DNA of 64,000 nt from Octopus vulgaris (GCA_951406725.2 OX597841.1:7626001-7690000); one strand, 5' to 3'; shown: positions 28,866 to 43,481, numbered from the stretch's first letter. The notes: generated from the sequence alone by a model not told the origin. Numbers and translations: made by a program.

Positions 28866-28906
28866 CTACATTGACAAAGGGCAAATACCCTGAAACGCGT
28901 CTGTAA
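28866..28906 (+). ncRNA. Core-mutated minimal hammerhead-like motif
   Basis: taca TTGACAA aggg-caaata-ccct GAAAC gc GTC tgta: stems I and II and palindromic ACGCGT intact; core has two substitutions. Confidence 0.55.
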
Positions 28907-29073
28907 CTGTCTGACTGGCAGTGTGAAGCGGCTGACCTCCCTTGTTCGAAGGTTATAATGGACACAGTTTGTGTGTCAAATAGCTATCTTAAGGCGATGG
29001 CCTCATGGAGCTAATCAGCGACAGTTTTTAGTCTTATATCTATAAGACTGGCATATTAATATGGCGATAACAA

Positions 29074-29130
<57 letters not shown>

Positions 29131-29183
29131 GTTCAAATATTTGTTGTGCAAGATTTTTTATGTGAAGTCGTGTGTTGAAACAG

Positions 29184-29577
29184 ATATTGTTATATTTTGG
29201 AATGGTCATTTTGCCAGTTTAGCCAATAAAAACACACGCACTATATATTTGGTGTTACCTTGCTTCAGTGTTATTTATTTTTTACATTATTCTTAATCTT
29301 ACTTCGGCCAGAGTTCTCTCGTCACACGCCTGTGACCGCATCAGTGGTCCTTTGTTTTCTTCTCACTTATTTGTGACGGTTAGTATGGAGAGACACAAAT
29401 AAGTGAGAAGAAAACAAAGGACCACTGATGCGGTCACAGGCGTGTGACGAAAGAACTCTGGCCGAAGTAAGATTGAGATTAATGTAAAAAATAAATAACA
29501 CTGAAGCAAAGTAACACCAAATATATAGTGCGTGTGTTTTTATTGGCTAAACTGGCAATATGACCATTCCGAAATAT

Positions 29578-29585
<8 letters not shown>
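29184..29585. repeat. Fold-back inverted repeat, 192-bp arms, 18-nt spacer, hammerhead-like motif in each arm
   Basis: 29184-29375 is the reverse complement of 29394-29585 (about 6 mismatches by eye); ends in (TA)n. Confidence 0.95.
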
Positions 29586-29629
<44 letters not shown>

Positions 29630-29781
29630 TTGCTATTATGCAAGTGTGTCGTAAGTCCTAATCGTTGCTTTTTCAGAAAACAAAGAAATAGTTTCACCAT
29701 TCCAATTCTTTTTACATTAGCAACAGTCTCAGCTTAACGATAATACTTTGTTGGATGCAAAAAATTCTAACTCCATGCGTG

Positions 29782-29993
29782 TACTCTCTTTTACTCTTTT
29801 TATTTTTTCAGTCATTTGACTGCGGCCATGCTGGAGCACCGCCTTTAGTCGATCAAATCGACCCCGGGACTTATTCTTTTTGTAAGCCCAGTACTTATTC
29901 TATCGGTCTCTTTTTGCCGAACCGCTAAGTGACAGGGACGTAAACACACCAGCATCGGTTGTCAAGCAAACACAGACACACAAACACACACAT

Positions 29994-30037
<44 letters not shown>

Positions 30038-30200
30038 GACAGGCTTCTTTCAGTTTCCGTCTACCAAATCCACTCGCAAGGCATTGGTCGGCCCGGGGCT
30101 ATAGCAGAAGACACTTTGCCCAAGATGCCACGCAGTGGGACTGAACCCGGAGCCATGTGGTTGGTAAGCAAGCTACTTACCACACAGCCATTCCTGCGCC
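29782..30200 (-). mobile_element. SINE family A, full length
   Basis: Reverse complement of the family A pattern. Confidence 0.92.
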
Positions 30201-30639
30201 TATGTATGATATTTTTTTGCAAAACTGTCGTATGTGGGACTTACCACACTTTTGAAAAAAATGGCTAAACCGTTCTACTACAACTTGACAACTTTTTTTC
30301 ATCTTGGCATCTGAAACAGCTGGAGATACGATAGTTTGACCAAAAGAACCGGCAACTGCATGCAAAATTGAATATTGGAAAAATCGCATTTGGCCAGATT
30401 TGACATACGACTGTTTAACATAAGTAGCATCGGTGTATATGAGCCAATGAGGGAGATCCCTACATGGTAGCTAGACCTGATACAAATAGCAGCCAAATCT
30501 CCCTCAAATCATGCTATACTATTGTATGTAATGTATAAGTGTGTAAGTATGAGTCACTGAGGTTGACATCAACATCGGAGAGAAACTAGCAAGAAAGAGT
30601 AGCTAAGTCTCCCTCGAATCACCTCTGTGTGTGTATATT

Positions 30640-31473
30640 TGTGTGGCATCAAAAAATCCAGGGGCTAGTTCTGTAGGATTCCAACAGATGGCAGCGCATG
30701 GTTGTGTGCACGGTGAGAGCTAGCAGTGACCTTCATGGGGCAGCGTGCCGAATGACATCCCTGTGTTTATGTCGCAAGTTGTGATATTTGTATTTTTGTG
30801 ATCACGTGAATGTTGTCGTCTGCCATTTTCTCATCAACAGAACCAATCCGCGAGCACGAAATTTGGCGTTAAACTTGGTAAGTCTACTAAAAAGACATTG
30901 AGATCCTGGCACACCGAGACAAAGCAGCAGTGGTCACAATGAAGGAGCCACAGCTCTTCAACAGGAGCATGCTTATCGTTTTTTTCCCCCGAAATCTGCA
31001 GTATTGTGCATTCAAAGTTCGTCCCTCCCGGGCCAAGCCATCAATCGAGAGTTCTACTGCGATGTTTTGAAGGTTTTGAGGGAGGAGATTCGGCGAAAAC
31101 GACCAGAGTTGTGGAACATAAAGAACTGGACTCTTCATGACAACAACGTCACCGAGTCACTGAGTCACCGAGCTCTCGTCATCCGAGAGTTTCTCGCCAA
31201 AAACAACATCGTATCACTTCCGTACTTCCATTTCGTCCCCAACACGAAAATGCAGCTGAAAGGTCGCCGTTTTAAGAACGTTGTCAGAATCAAGAGCAAA
31301 TGTCAGAAGTCTCGTCTACTCGCTTACGGAGTCTAAGGATGGCAGGAACGCTGCAACGGGTGTAGTGCTGCGCAAGGTAACTATTTCGAAGAAGATGATG
31401 TCGAAACTTCGCTGAATAAGTTACTTTCTTATTAATCATAACTAGTCTGGCAAACTTTGAATAGCACATCGTA
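30640..31473 (+). mobile_element. Internally deleted mariner relic
   Basis: SMLIVFF..GQAINREFYCDVLKVLREEIRRKRPELW..WTLHDNN..HRALVIREFLAKNNI..KMQLKGRRF; weakly complementary ends sharing ctagtt/aactag. Confidence 0.85.
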
Positions 31474-31753
31474 TCCAAATATAGGCCAAAAACGGAAACT
31501 TCTACATGGTAGCTAGACCTGCCAAAAATAGAAGTCAGGCCTCCCTCAAATCACATCGATATCATATATGTACGTAGGAACGTATTACCTCTGGTAGCTA
31601 CTCCGGGTAGAAATAGCAGCCAAATCGACTTCATATTACAGCCAACAGTTTTATGTATGTATGTATGTATGTATGTATGTATTATGTATGTATGTATGTA
31701 TGTATGTATGTATGTATGTATGTATGTATGTATGTATGCATGTCTGTATGTAT

Positions 31754-32360
31754 GTAAGGGTCCTTGAACGCTTTCATCAGAGATGTTTCAAACACATTCT
31801 CAATGTTGGCTGGCCCTTAAAATCTCCGGACGCACAGGTCCTGGGGACAGCTGACATTGAGTATTGAGATGATGGTACACAAGCAGCGGTTGCGTTGGAC
31901 TGGACTCCTTATTAGAATGAAGGATAGCAAGATCCCTATGCAGATGCTATATGGGGGACTTGTGAATGGAAAGAGACCCCCGGCAGAAACTAAGGCTGCG
32001 ATTTAAGGATTGTGTCAACTCCTCATTAAAGGCCTGTGTTACGCAGGAGACTGACTGGGAGAGCAATGCCTGTCATTACCACAGATGGGGGAGTCAGATT
32101 AAAGAAAGGGTCGACGCCTTTGAGAGAGCACGTATTCTGCATGAAGAACTTAAGCGAGCTGCGCAAAAGTGCACGGCTGGTGTAGTGAATGGGGAAAGCT
32201 TGGTCTGCAATGTTTGCAGTCGTGTATGCTTGTCTAGATCAGGGCTCTTTAGCCACCAACGGAGCTGCAAATGCAAAATATAAGTTAGTCCTAGAGCGCA
32301 CAGTGTTCCTGAAGGTCGGCAATGGTCTTCCTCGGTCACTAGTGGATAGCCATCATCATT
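31754..32360 (+). mobile_element. 5'-truncated RTE-type LINE 3' end inside (TATG)n
   Basis: LERFHQRCFKHILNVGW..RLRWTG..RMKDSKIPMQMLYG..LRFKDCV..CNVCSRVCLSRSGLFSHQRSC (zinc-finger-like end); frameshifted; short (CAT) tail. Confidence 0.85.
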
Positions 32361-32959
32361 ATGTATGTATGTATGTATGTATGTATGTATGTATGTATGT
32401 ATGTATGTATGTATGTATGTATGTATGCATGTATATATGTATGCATGCATATGTATGTATGTATGTATGTATGTATGCATGCATATGTATGTATGTATGT
32501 ATGTATGTATGATGTATGTATGTGTGTATGAGCCAACGAGGGAGGCCTGCACACGGTGGTTGGAGCTGTGAGTTGTTTCTAAGTTGTTTGGTCGTTAAGC
32601 CATTATTTATAGGAATGATGTGTCTCACGAAACTTCGCCATATTGGTGATCACCACCACCGCGACTACCACCGCAACCACCACCACCACCACCATCACCA
32701 CTGCCGCAACCTCCACCACCAATACCACCACCACCACCACAACTACCACCAGCACTACCGCCACAACAATATCCACTATCACAACACCCATCACCACGCT
32801 TCACAATCACCACTACCACCACCACCACCACAATTATCATCAATACCACCAATACCACCACGACCACCACCACAAATATTTACAATCACCGCACCTTCTG
32901 ATATTTTTAATCCTGTCTCCCATTCTGCTCTCTGCGTAACCCAAACATACAATCATACA

Positions 32960-34656
<1,697 letters not shown>

Positions 34657-34844
34657 AGCCACAGAAAAAAATTGAAATTCATAAAATAATTTAACAGCCA
34701 CAAAATAAGCAAATAAAACAAAAACAAAGAATCAACAAACGATAAAATATATATATACATAAAAATTAGCTTAACGTGAAAGTTAATCGTATTGATAATT
34801 ACAATTCCTGTAATAGTAATTAGGAAAACTTCTTAGTAGTTGTA

Positions 34845-34893
34845 ATCGTCATCGTCATCATCATCATCATCATCATCATAATCATCATCATCG

Positions 34894-34935
<42 letters not shown>

Positions 34936-35028
34936 ACACCACCATCATCACAATCATCATCATCATCTTCACCATCATCATCATCAACACCATCATCATC
35001 ACCATCATCATCATCGTCGTCATCATCG

Positions 35029-35073
<45 letters not shown>

Positions 35074-35089
35074 ACACCACCATCATCAC

Positions 35090-35136
<47 letters not shown>

Positions 35137-35178
35137 ACACCACCATCATCACCATCATCATCATCGTCGTCATCATCG

Positions 35179-35229
<51 letters not shown>

Positions 35230-35245
35230 ACACCATCATCATCAC

Positions 35246-35292
<47 letters not shown>

Positions 35293-35334
35293 ACACCACC
35301 ATCATCACCATCATCATCATCGTCGTCATCATCG

Positions 35335-35379
<45 letters not shown>

Positions 35380-35401
35380 ACACCATCATCATCACCATCA
35401 C

Positions 35402-35442
<41 letters not shown>

Positions 35443-35535
35443 ACACCACCATCATCACAATCATCATCATCATCTTCACCATCATCATCATCAACACCAT
35501 CATCATCACCATCATCATCATCGTCGTCATCATCG

Positions 35536-35580
<45 letters not shown>

Positions 35581-35596
35581 ACACCACCATCATCAC

Positions 35597-35637
<41 letters not shown>

Positions 35638-35679
35638 ACACCACCATCATCACCATCATCATCATCGTCGTCATCATCG

Positions 35680-35730
<51 letters not shown>

Positions 35731-35746
35731 ACACCACCATCATCAC

Positions 35747-35787
<41 letters not shown>

Positions 35788-35829
35788 ACACCATCATCAT
35801 CACCATCATCATCATCGTCGTCATCATCG

Positions 35830-35874
<45 letters not shown>

Positions 35875-35890
35875 ACACCACCATCATCAC

Positions 35891-35937
<47 letters not shown>

Positions 35938-35988
35938 ACACCACCATCATCACCATCATCATCATCGTCGTCATCATCGTCATCATCG

Positions 35989-36026
<38 letters not shown>

Positions 36027-36036
36027 GTCATCATCA
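34845..36036. repeat. (CAT)n array, ~1.2 kb, with higher-order periodic variants
   Basis: Recurring caacaccaccatcatcac and cgtcgtcatcatcgt blocks; poly-D/poly-M ORFs are artefacts. Confidence 0.97.
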
Positions 36037-36039
36037 GCT

Positions 36040-36525
36040 GTTCGAGGGGCCCGATTGGAAGAGGCGCAACATGGCAACAGGGCCACAATTCTGTCTTAGA
36101 CAAATCGAGAGAGGTGCACGCTACTTGCGGCTTTTCAGTGCTACTTGGCTCAACTGCTTGGAGCAGAGGACGGGGTCGGACTTCACTGCCTACCTCGAAT
36201 GCAGACCGCGACTCTAAGACTAGGAACACGAAGTCCTAAGAAAGGCTGATAACAGCCGACCAAATCCGGGTGGTGAGGGGCGAAGACAGACGACAACAAC
36301 AACAACACGATGGAGAAATTGTTGGTCTGGATGCTTTGCCCGACAAGCTTTATCGTCATATGCCAAACTTGTTCTGGGGCCCCTTGGTAGATTTCGACTG
36401 CAACTGGCAGCAGAACGGGAAAAATTCTCTGTCTAGCCCCACCCCATAAAAAAATGGGTGTGGTGGTATTGCTGAGAAAGACTCGAACGAAGGAGACGAT
36501 TTTAATTTCAGGCTCATAACTGTCA
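36040..36525 (+). pseudogene. Second, more decayed Tx1-like LINE ORF2 fragment
   Basis: GLDALPDKLYRHMPNLFWGPLVDFDCNWQQNGKI..GVVVLLRK..NFRLIT parallels the 18.5-kb fragment (MPDLFG..CNWQQNE..). Confidence 0.7.
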
Positions 36526-36592
36526 GATTTTAGCCAGGGAGAACGACATTCTCGAAAACACACTGTGTTAAAAATGAAAACCTACTGGTTGA

Positions 36593-36760
36593 GCTACGTT
36601 CTGAGTTCAAATTCCGCTGAGGTCGACTTTGCCTTTCATCCTTTCGGGGTCGATTAAACAAGTACTAGTTACACACTGGGTCGATATAATCGACTTAATC
36701 CGTTTGTCTGTCCTTGTTTGTCCCCTCTATGTTTAGCCCCCTGTGGGCAATAAAGAAATA
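36593..36760 (+). mobile_element. SINE family B body, headless
   Basis: acgttctgagttcaaattccgc..gcctttcatcctttcggggtcgat..taaagaaata. Confidence 0.9.
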
Positions 36761-36779
36761 CATTATTATTATTATTATT

Positions 36780-37332
36780 GAGTGAGAGATCAGTTCATGC
36801 CATCAAAGTGACACTGGGGTAAAATATACGAAGCCCAATATACCCAGCATGACTACCCGTCTGATAAGGGTACACCAGGCGCATGCATCACAACCATATA
36901 TGCGCGACATGGTGATCTCATATCAAGGTAAACAGCACATGACCTTGCAGGTGGGACACAGTTAGAATTTTCTTCAGGTTGAGTAGCCCATCCCACTCAA
37001 AAGGTCCCTGAATAAGGGTTGTTTAAGGATGTTGAAAGAACCACCCATGTTTCCAGAGGTGAATTATTCAAACCCCAAATAATCCCTCTCAACACATGGC
37101 TATGATGCTCCCTGACTACTTCTGCTTGTGATCAGAGATGCACATATCGTCAGCCACCAAGGGACATGCTCAACTGGTTAAGGTCAAACAACTGACAAGC
37201 AAATCTGTGGTATTGAGCAGAATATTTGCTGTAGCCCATCTTTTATACCAAGACAAAACAATGTACATGATAACACTTTCAATCAGTTAAGATCAGAAGC
37301 CATGAGAGCCACTGCCTGGTACTGCATCAGGG

Positions 37333-37333
<1 letters not shown>
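36780..37333 (-). mobile_element. Interspersed repeat family D embedded in (ATT)n; strand tentative
   Basis: 37019-37299 is nearly identical to 60581-60861; both copies are flanked by (TTA)n. Confidence 0.8.
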
Positions 37334-37398
<65 letters not shown>

Positions 37399-37399
37399 A

Positions 37400-37760
37400 G
37401 AGGCGAGCTGGCAGAATCGTTAGCAGGTTTGATGAAATGCTTAGTGGCATCTCGTCCATCTTTAGGTTCCGAGTTCAAATTCTGGCGCGGTCGACTTCGA
37501 CTCTCATACTTCCGGCGCCAATAAACTACCAGTCGAGCACTGGAGCCGATGGAATCTCTAACCCTTAACCCCCCCTCCTTCGAAGTTGCTGGCCTTGTGC
37601 CAAAATTTGAAGCCAAAATTTTTAGGCGGCGAGCTGGCAGAGATGCGTTAGTGCGTCGATCAAAATGCTTAGCGATACTTCGTCAGTCTTTACAATCTGA
37701 CTAAATTCCACCAAGGTCAACTCAGCCATTCGTCTCCCGGGTTCGATAAAACAAGCACCG
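37400..37760 (+). mobile_element. Two old degenerate SINE B-related copies
   Basis: ggcgagctggcagaatcgttagc.. at ~37401 and ggcggcgagctggcaga.. at ~37626. Confidence 0.7.
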
Positions 37761-37815
37761 TTCGATGTTATAGATCCCTTAAAAGGATTCAGGCTTTGTG
37801 CCCATAGCAGAAAAG

Positions 37816-37816
<1 letters not shown>

Positions 37817-37848
<32 letters not shown>

Positions 37849-38088
37849 GCCGCCGCCACCACCACCACTACTACTACTACTACCACTACTACTACTACTA
37901 CTACTATTGCTACAGCTACTACTACTACTACTACTAGTAGTAGTAGTAGTACTACTAATACTACCACCACCACCATCACCACAACCACCACCACCACTAC
38001 TACTTCTACTACTACTACCACCACCACCACCACTACTACTACTACTACCACCATCACACCACCACCACCACCACTACTACTACTACCA

Positions 38089-38129
<41 letters not shown>

Positions 38130-38130
38130 G

Positions 38131-38176
<46 letters not shown>

Positions 38177-38211
38177 TGCTGCTACTACTACTACTACTAC
38201 TACTACTACTG

Positions 38212-38249
<38 letters not shown>

Positions 38250-38262
38250 GCTGCTACTACTG

Positions 38263-38321
<59 letters not shown>

Positions 38322-38322
38322 G

Positions 38323-38387
<65 letters not shown>

Positions 38388-38388
38388 G

Positions 38389-38428
<40 letters not shown>

Positions 38429-38466
38429 CACTGCTGCTACTACTACTACTACTACTACTACTACTG

Positions 38467-38504
<38 letters not shown>

Positions 38505-38508
38505 GCTG

Positions 38509-38560
<52 letters not shown>
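37817..38560. repeat. (CTA)n/(CCA)n array
   Basis: Directly visible. Confidence 0.96.
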
Positions 38561-38830
38561 ACCCGTACAAAACAGCCTGTTAAATCGTTCTTGTTTATTT
38601 ATTTATTTGTTTTTCGAAACAAAGAGAAAGCGAAAAAGAAAAAGAAAAAGAAAAAAAATCGGAAGAAAGAAAGGGTTTCTCGTTTCCCAGAACCCGCCCC
38701 TCTTTGAATAAAGGTGCAGAAAAGGGTTTGGAGTAAGATGTTTGCTTCCCAATCACATGGTTCCGGTTTCAGTCCCACTGCGTGGCACCTTCGGCATGTG
38801 TCTTCTATTCCAGTCTCGGGCCGACCAAAA

Positions 38831-39542
38831 ACCACCACCACCACCACCACCACAACAGCTACAACCACCACTACAACCACCAGCACTACCACCACCACCA
38901 CCACGACAACTACTACCACCATAACCACCACCACCACCACAGCCACCATCACTATCACCACAACTACAAACACCACAGCCAAAGCAAATACCACTACCAC
39001 CACCACCACCACCACCACCACCATCAACACTACCACCATCAACACCAACAACACCATCAACACTACCACCATCAACACCACCAACACCATCAACACTACC
39101 ACCATCAATACCACCATCACCACCACCATCACTACCACCATCACCACCACCACGACAACTACTACCACCATAACCACCACCACCACCACAGCCACCATCA
39201 CTATCACCACAACTACAAAAACCACAGCCAAATCAAATACCACTACCACTACTAACTCCACAATCACAGCCACTACCACCACTACCACCACCACCACCAC
39301 CACCACCACCACCACCATCAACACCACCAACACCACCACCACCACCACCACCATCAACACCACCAAACCACCACCACCATCACTACCACCACCACCACCA
39401 CCACCACCACCATCAACACCAACACCACCACCACCACTACCACCATCAACACCACCAACACCACCACCATCACCACCACCCCCACCACCACCACCCCCCC
39501 CCCCCCCACCATCACCCCCACCACCACCATCACCACCACCAT
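38831..39542. repeat. (CAC)-rich array with an internal duplication, preceded by a SINE A head fragment (~38733-38828)
   Basis: acgacaactactaccaccataacc.. recurs at ~38903 and ~39152. Confidence 0.9.
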
Positions 39543-39879
39543 CAAAACCTGCATTTCCGTTCCTCTTGACTGATTCCATCGGCAGTCAATGTTAGACTAC
39601 TGCACACATCACATGTTCTACGTGACAACATCACGGGACTAGTGGATGCAAAGTATCGGTGAAGTCACGTTCCAGCGAGAACTGAAAGGTCAGATGCTCG
39701 TTTGAAAAACCGACTTGCAGGTTTGTTTGAATTCTATTGAGTTTTCTTGTCGGTATGGTGGCCTTGATATTGTGTGGTGTGTTGTGGTGGAGGTGACGAC
39801 AAGGCGTCGAAGGACTGTAGCTGTTTAACCCTAGGTAAGTATACCATGAACCAGCTGATCAAGGATATACCAAAATACC

Positions 39880-40667
39880 TATTTCTTTTACTACCGACAA
39901 GGAGCTAAACACAGAAGGGACAAACAAGGACAGACAAAAGGATTAAGTCGATTACATTGACACCAGTGCGTAACTGGTACTTAATTTATCGACCCCGAAA
40001 GGATGAAAGGCAAAGTCAACCTCGGCGGAATTTGAACTCAGAACGTAGCGGCAGACGAAATACCTATTTCTTTAACTACCCACAAGGAGCTAAACACAGA
40101 AGGGACAAACAAGGATAGACAAAGGGATTAAGTCGATTACATTGACACCAGTGCGTAACTGGTACTTAATTTATCAACCCCGAAAGGATGAAAGGCAAAG
40201 TCAACCTCGGCGGAATTTGAACTCAGAACGTAGCGGCAGACGAAATACCTATTTCTTTAACTACCCACAAGGGGCTAAACACAGAAGGGACAAACAAGGA
40301 CAGACAAACGGATTAAGTCGATTACATTGACACCAGTGCGTGACTGGTACTTAGTTTATCGACCCCGAAAGGATGAAAGGCAAAGTCAACCTCGGCGGAA
40401 TTTGAACTCAGAACGTAACGGCAGACGAAATACCTATTTCTTTATTACCCACAAGGAGCTAAACACAGAAGGAACAAACAAGGACAGACAAAGGGATTAA
40501 GTCGATTACATTGACACCAGTGCGTAACTGGTACTTAATTTATCGACCCCGAAAGGATGAAAGGCAAATTCGACCTCGGCGGAATTTGAACTCAGAACGT
40601 AATGGCAGACGAAATACGGCTACGCATTTCGCCCGGCGTGCTAACCCTTCTGCCAGCTCGCCGCATT
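39880..40667 (-). mobile_element. SINE family B tetramer: one head plus four ~185-bp bodies, 15-bp TSD
   Basis: Unit registers at 39876, 40061, 40246 and 40431; head ends at ~40664; TSD atataccaaaatacc at 39865-39879 and 40668-40682. Confidence 0.93.
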
Positions 40668-40938
40668 ATATACCAAAATACCAAACCTGATTATATGTCA
40701 TCTGTGCTAGCATTATCTATCTAGTAGTACATGAACTAATGCGTCTGTATTGGTTGCTGCTTCGCTCCCAATCAATTTATAACCATTACTGTAATGAGGT
40801 CTAGGATGAATGTGTGTGTGTGTGTCTGTGATCAAACTGATATCAAAGAGGCTGGTTTTGGCCTACGTCGGCAATATTGATGTAATGTTGCAAAATCGAT
40901 AAGAAGAGTACGGAGAGCTTACAGTGAGGAATGGAAAA

Positions 40939-40972
40939 TCCTACGTTTCGGAAAGAGTCCTTCTTCAGGAAA
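40939..40972 (-). ncRNA. Minimal hammerhead-like motif
   Basis: ttc CTGAAGA a gga-ctctt-tcc GAAACGTA gga: intact core, 3-bp stem II, weak stem I. Confidence 0.5.
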
Positions 40973-41141
40973 AAGTAGAAAGAGAAATAAAAATGAGACA
41001 ACGGAATTTTTCATCCTACATACATGCACACACACACACACTATTTAGCTGATCTTCATGTATGTATGTATGAATGAATGAATCAGGGCCAGATTAAGAC
41101 GCTTAGAGGCCCTAAACGCTTAAAAGGGGTGGGGGATAATG

Positions 41142-41533
41142 CAGTTTCGCACCTCTCCTTGAAAAATGAACTTTTTGGAAAAAAGTTTTTTCGGATTCCT
41201 GCGTTTTAGATGTCGGAGATTATGAATATGTAAAAAAAAAAATTAATTTCACCACCCCTCTCCCATTTAAAATTTAGAACTTTCTCAACATTTTTTTCCC
41301 GATCTTTTAGATGACGGAGATTCCAAATAAGCAAGAAACCACGTTTTCAAAATTTTAAATTCAATAAGCAGGAGCGGCTGTGTGGTAAGTAGCTTGCTTA
41401 CCAACCACATGGTTCCGGGTTCAGTCCCATTGCGTTGCACCTTGGGCAAGTGTCTTCTACTATAGCCTTGGGCCGACCAAAGCCTTGAGTGGATTTGGTA
41501 GACGGAAACTGAAAGAAACCCGTCGTATATATG

Positions 41534-41630
<97 letters not shown>

Positions 41631-42513
41631 ATGTTTGTGTGTCTGTGTTTGTCCCCCTAGCATTGCTTGACAACCGATGCTGGTGTCTTTATGTCCCCGT
41701 CACCTAGCGGTTCTGCAAAAGAGACCGATAGAATAAGTGCTGGGCTTACAAAGAATAAGTCCTGGGGTCGATTTGTTCAACTTAAGGCGGTGCTCCAGCA
41801 TAGCCGCAGTCAAATGACTGAAACAAGTAAAAGAGTAAAAGCGAGTAAAGAGTAAGCATATAGATATGTGTATCAAGAGATAGATCGATAGATATGAATA
41901 CCTTCCAGGGGCTAAAAGCAGCAGTAACACCTCTTCTATAGGTCTGCCACATTTAGTTGACAAATACATTTTATAAATAAACGGACAGAGATAAACAGAT
42001 CGACAGATAAATAAATAAATGCATGGAAAGGTTCCAAATTTAAAATTAGGGGAGCAGGTGAAATTTGAACCCCTTATTAATTAATATCATTATTATAATA
42101 TTAATTATTAAACAATGTTTGTTTCTCACAAAGTGGTCTATATTTACGGAGGTGTACTTGCATAGCAAGTGACCTGATCTGAGATTGTGTGCCGGAACGA
42201 ATATTTGATATTCAATTTACATTAAATTATTATTCTCGATTATTTTAGGCAAACGCAGGTAAAACGCTAATTCTTTCCACTTTAATGCTTTTGCCTGGAT
42301 TTAATTTCGATTTCCGTATGTTCTTCAATTCGCTAGGACCCCTCTTTAAAGTAAACAAAATCGAAAATTTCAACATGGGGTCGGGAGAAGAGGTGTAGGA
42401 GGGGGAGGTTGAAATTTTTTTTTTTTTTTGCATATTCGTAATCTCCGACATCTAAAACGTAGGAATCCGAATGTTTTTTTTTAATGCATTTTTCAAGGAG
42501 AGGTGCAAAACTG
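41142..42513. mobile_element. Non-autonomous DNA-transposon-like element with ~120-bp imperfect inverted termini, interrupted by a SINE
   Basis: cagtttcgcacctctccttgaaaaatg..ttcggattcctgcgttttagatgtcggagattatgaatatg is mirrored at ~42400-42513. Confidence 0.7.
41368..41855 (+). mobile_element. SINE family A, full length
   Basis: Standard architecture with a long internal (TG)n. Confidence 0.92.
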
Positions 42514-42728
42514 TCTTTGTGTCTGTGTTTGTCCCCCTGTCATCTCTTGACAACCGATGCTGGTGTGTTTACGTCGCCGTTATCTAGCGGTTCGGCAAAA
42601 GAGACCGATAGAATATGTACAAGGCTTACAAAGAATACGTCCTGGCGTCGGCTTTCTCGACTAAAGGTGGTGCTCCAGCATGACCCCAATCAAATGAGAG
42701 AAGCTTGTAAAAGAAAGAATAAAAGAAG
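42514..42728 (+). mobile_element. SINE family A 3' module
   Basis: tgtgtctgtgtttgtcccc..cttgacaaccgatgctggtgtgtttacg.. Confidence 0.85.
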
Positions 42729-43169
42729 GAATAGTATCACCATCTGCGGCCCTTAAGGATCGTTTCCTTGTCCATTTTTTATTGGCTGCTATTTCTAGGA
42801 AATTAAATGACCACTTACAGAACTGTTGCTATTACTGGTCTCATAGTTGTTGTTGTAACAGTTGTTGATGTTTTTTTTACACTTGGAGTTGAAAGTGTTG
42901 TTGTTGTTGTTCTTCCAATCAGGTCTCTCGCCATTAGCCACAAAGAGTAATCTCTAATTCGAGCCTACTCTAAGCTACTAAAAATACATGTGGCAACTTG
43001 AAGATCCACCGGTGGTTGCATGGGCGCGAAAGCTACGTTGTCATCCTCATTCCGTAAACGGTGGCTTTTTAACGGGTGGAGATCTGAACCATCCTGGGGT
43101 ACAGAGGATTCGCAATCTAGACTAGGGTCTGAAAGTGTTACCACACCATAGTGGGCTCCGCCATGGTCC

Positions 43170-43340
43170 CTCTGCTTTGTGGCAGAAGTAGGAAGAAAGA
43201 GTGAGAGAAAGTTGTGGTGAGAGAGTACGGCGGGGTTCACCTCCACCCCCGCCGCCGGGGTCACGTGGACCTTAGGTGTTTTTGCCCAATAAATACTCGC
43301 AATTTCTGGTCTGGGAATCGAATGTGGTTGTTGTTGGCAC
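43170..43340 (-). mobile_element. Degenerate SINE family C
   Basis: aagaaagagtgagagaaagttg..ttaggtgtttt..caataaa..ggtctgggaatcgaa resembles 17685-17815. Confidence 0.7.
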
Positions 43341-43364
43341 TCATTACAGTGGTTTCATTGCCAT

Positions 43365-43481
43365 TCATGTCATCTTTGTCATCGTCATCGTCATCACCAT
43401 CATCATCATCATCATCATCGTCATCGCCATCATCATCATAATCATAATCGTCATCGTCATCGTCATCATCCCCTTCATCAT

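Larger units (their letters stand above)
28231..32560 (+). repeat. Dispersed co-oriented copies (~8) of a degenerate ~60-85-bp unit
   Basis: (gagccaatgagggagatc)ctacatggtagctagacctgctagaaatagcagccaaatctccctcaaatcac at ~28231, 28306, 28667, 30440, 30585 (partial), 31484, 31585 and 32529 (partial). Confidence 0.75.

Noticed and set aside
28231-32560. CRISPR-like repeat-spacer array
   Set aside because: Eukaryotic context, degenerate repeats, spacers from tens to over 1500 bp, no cas genes.
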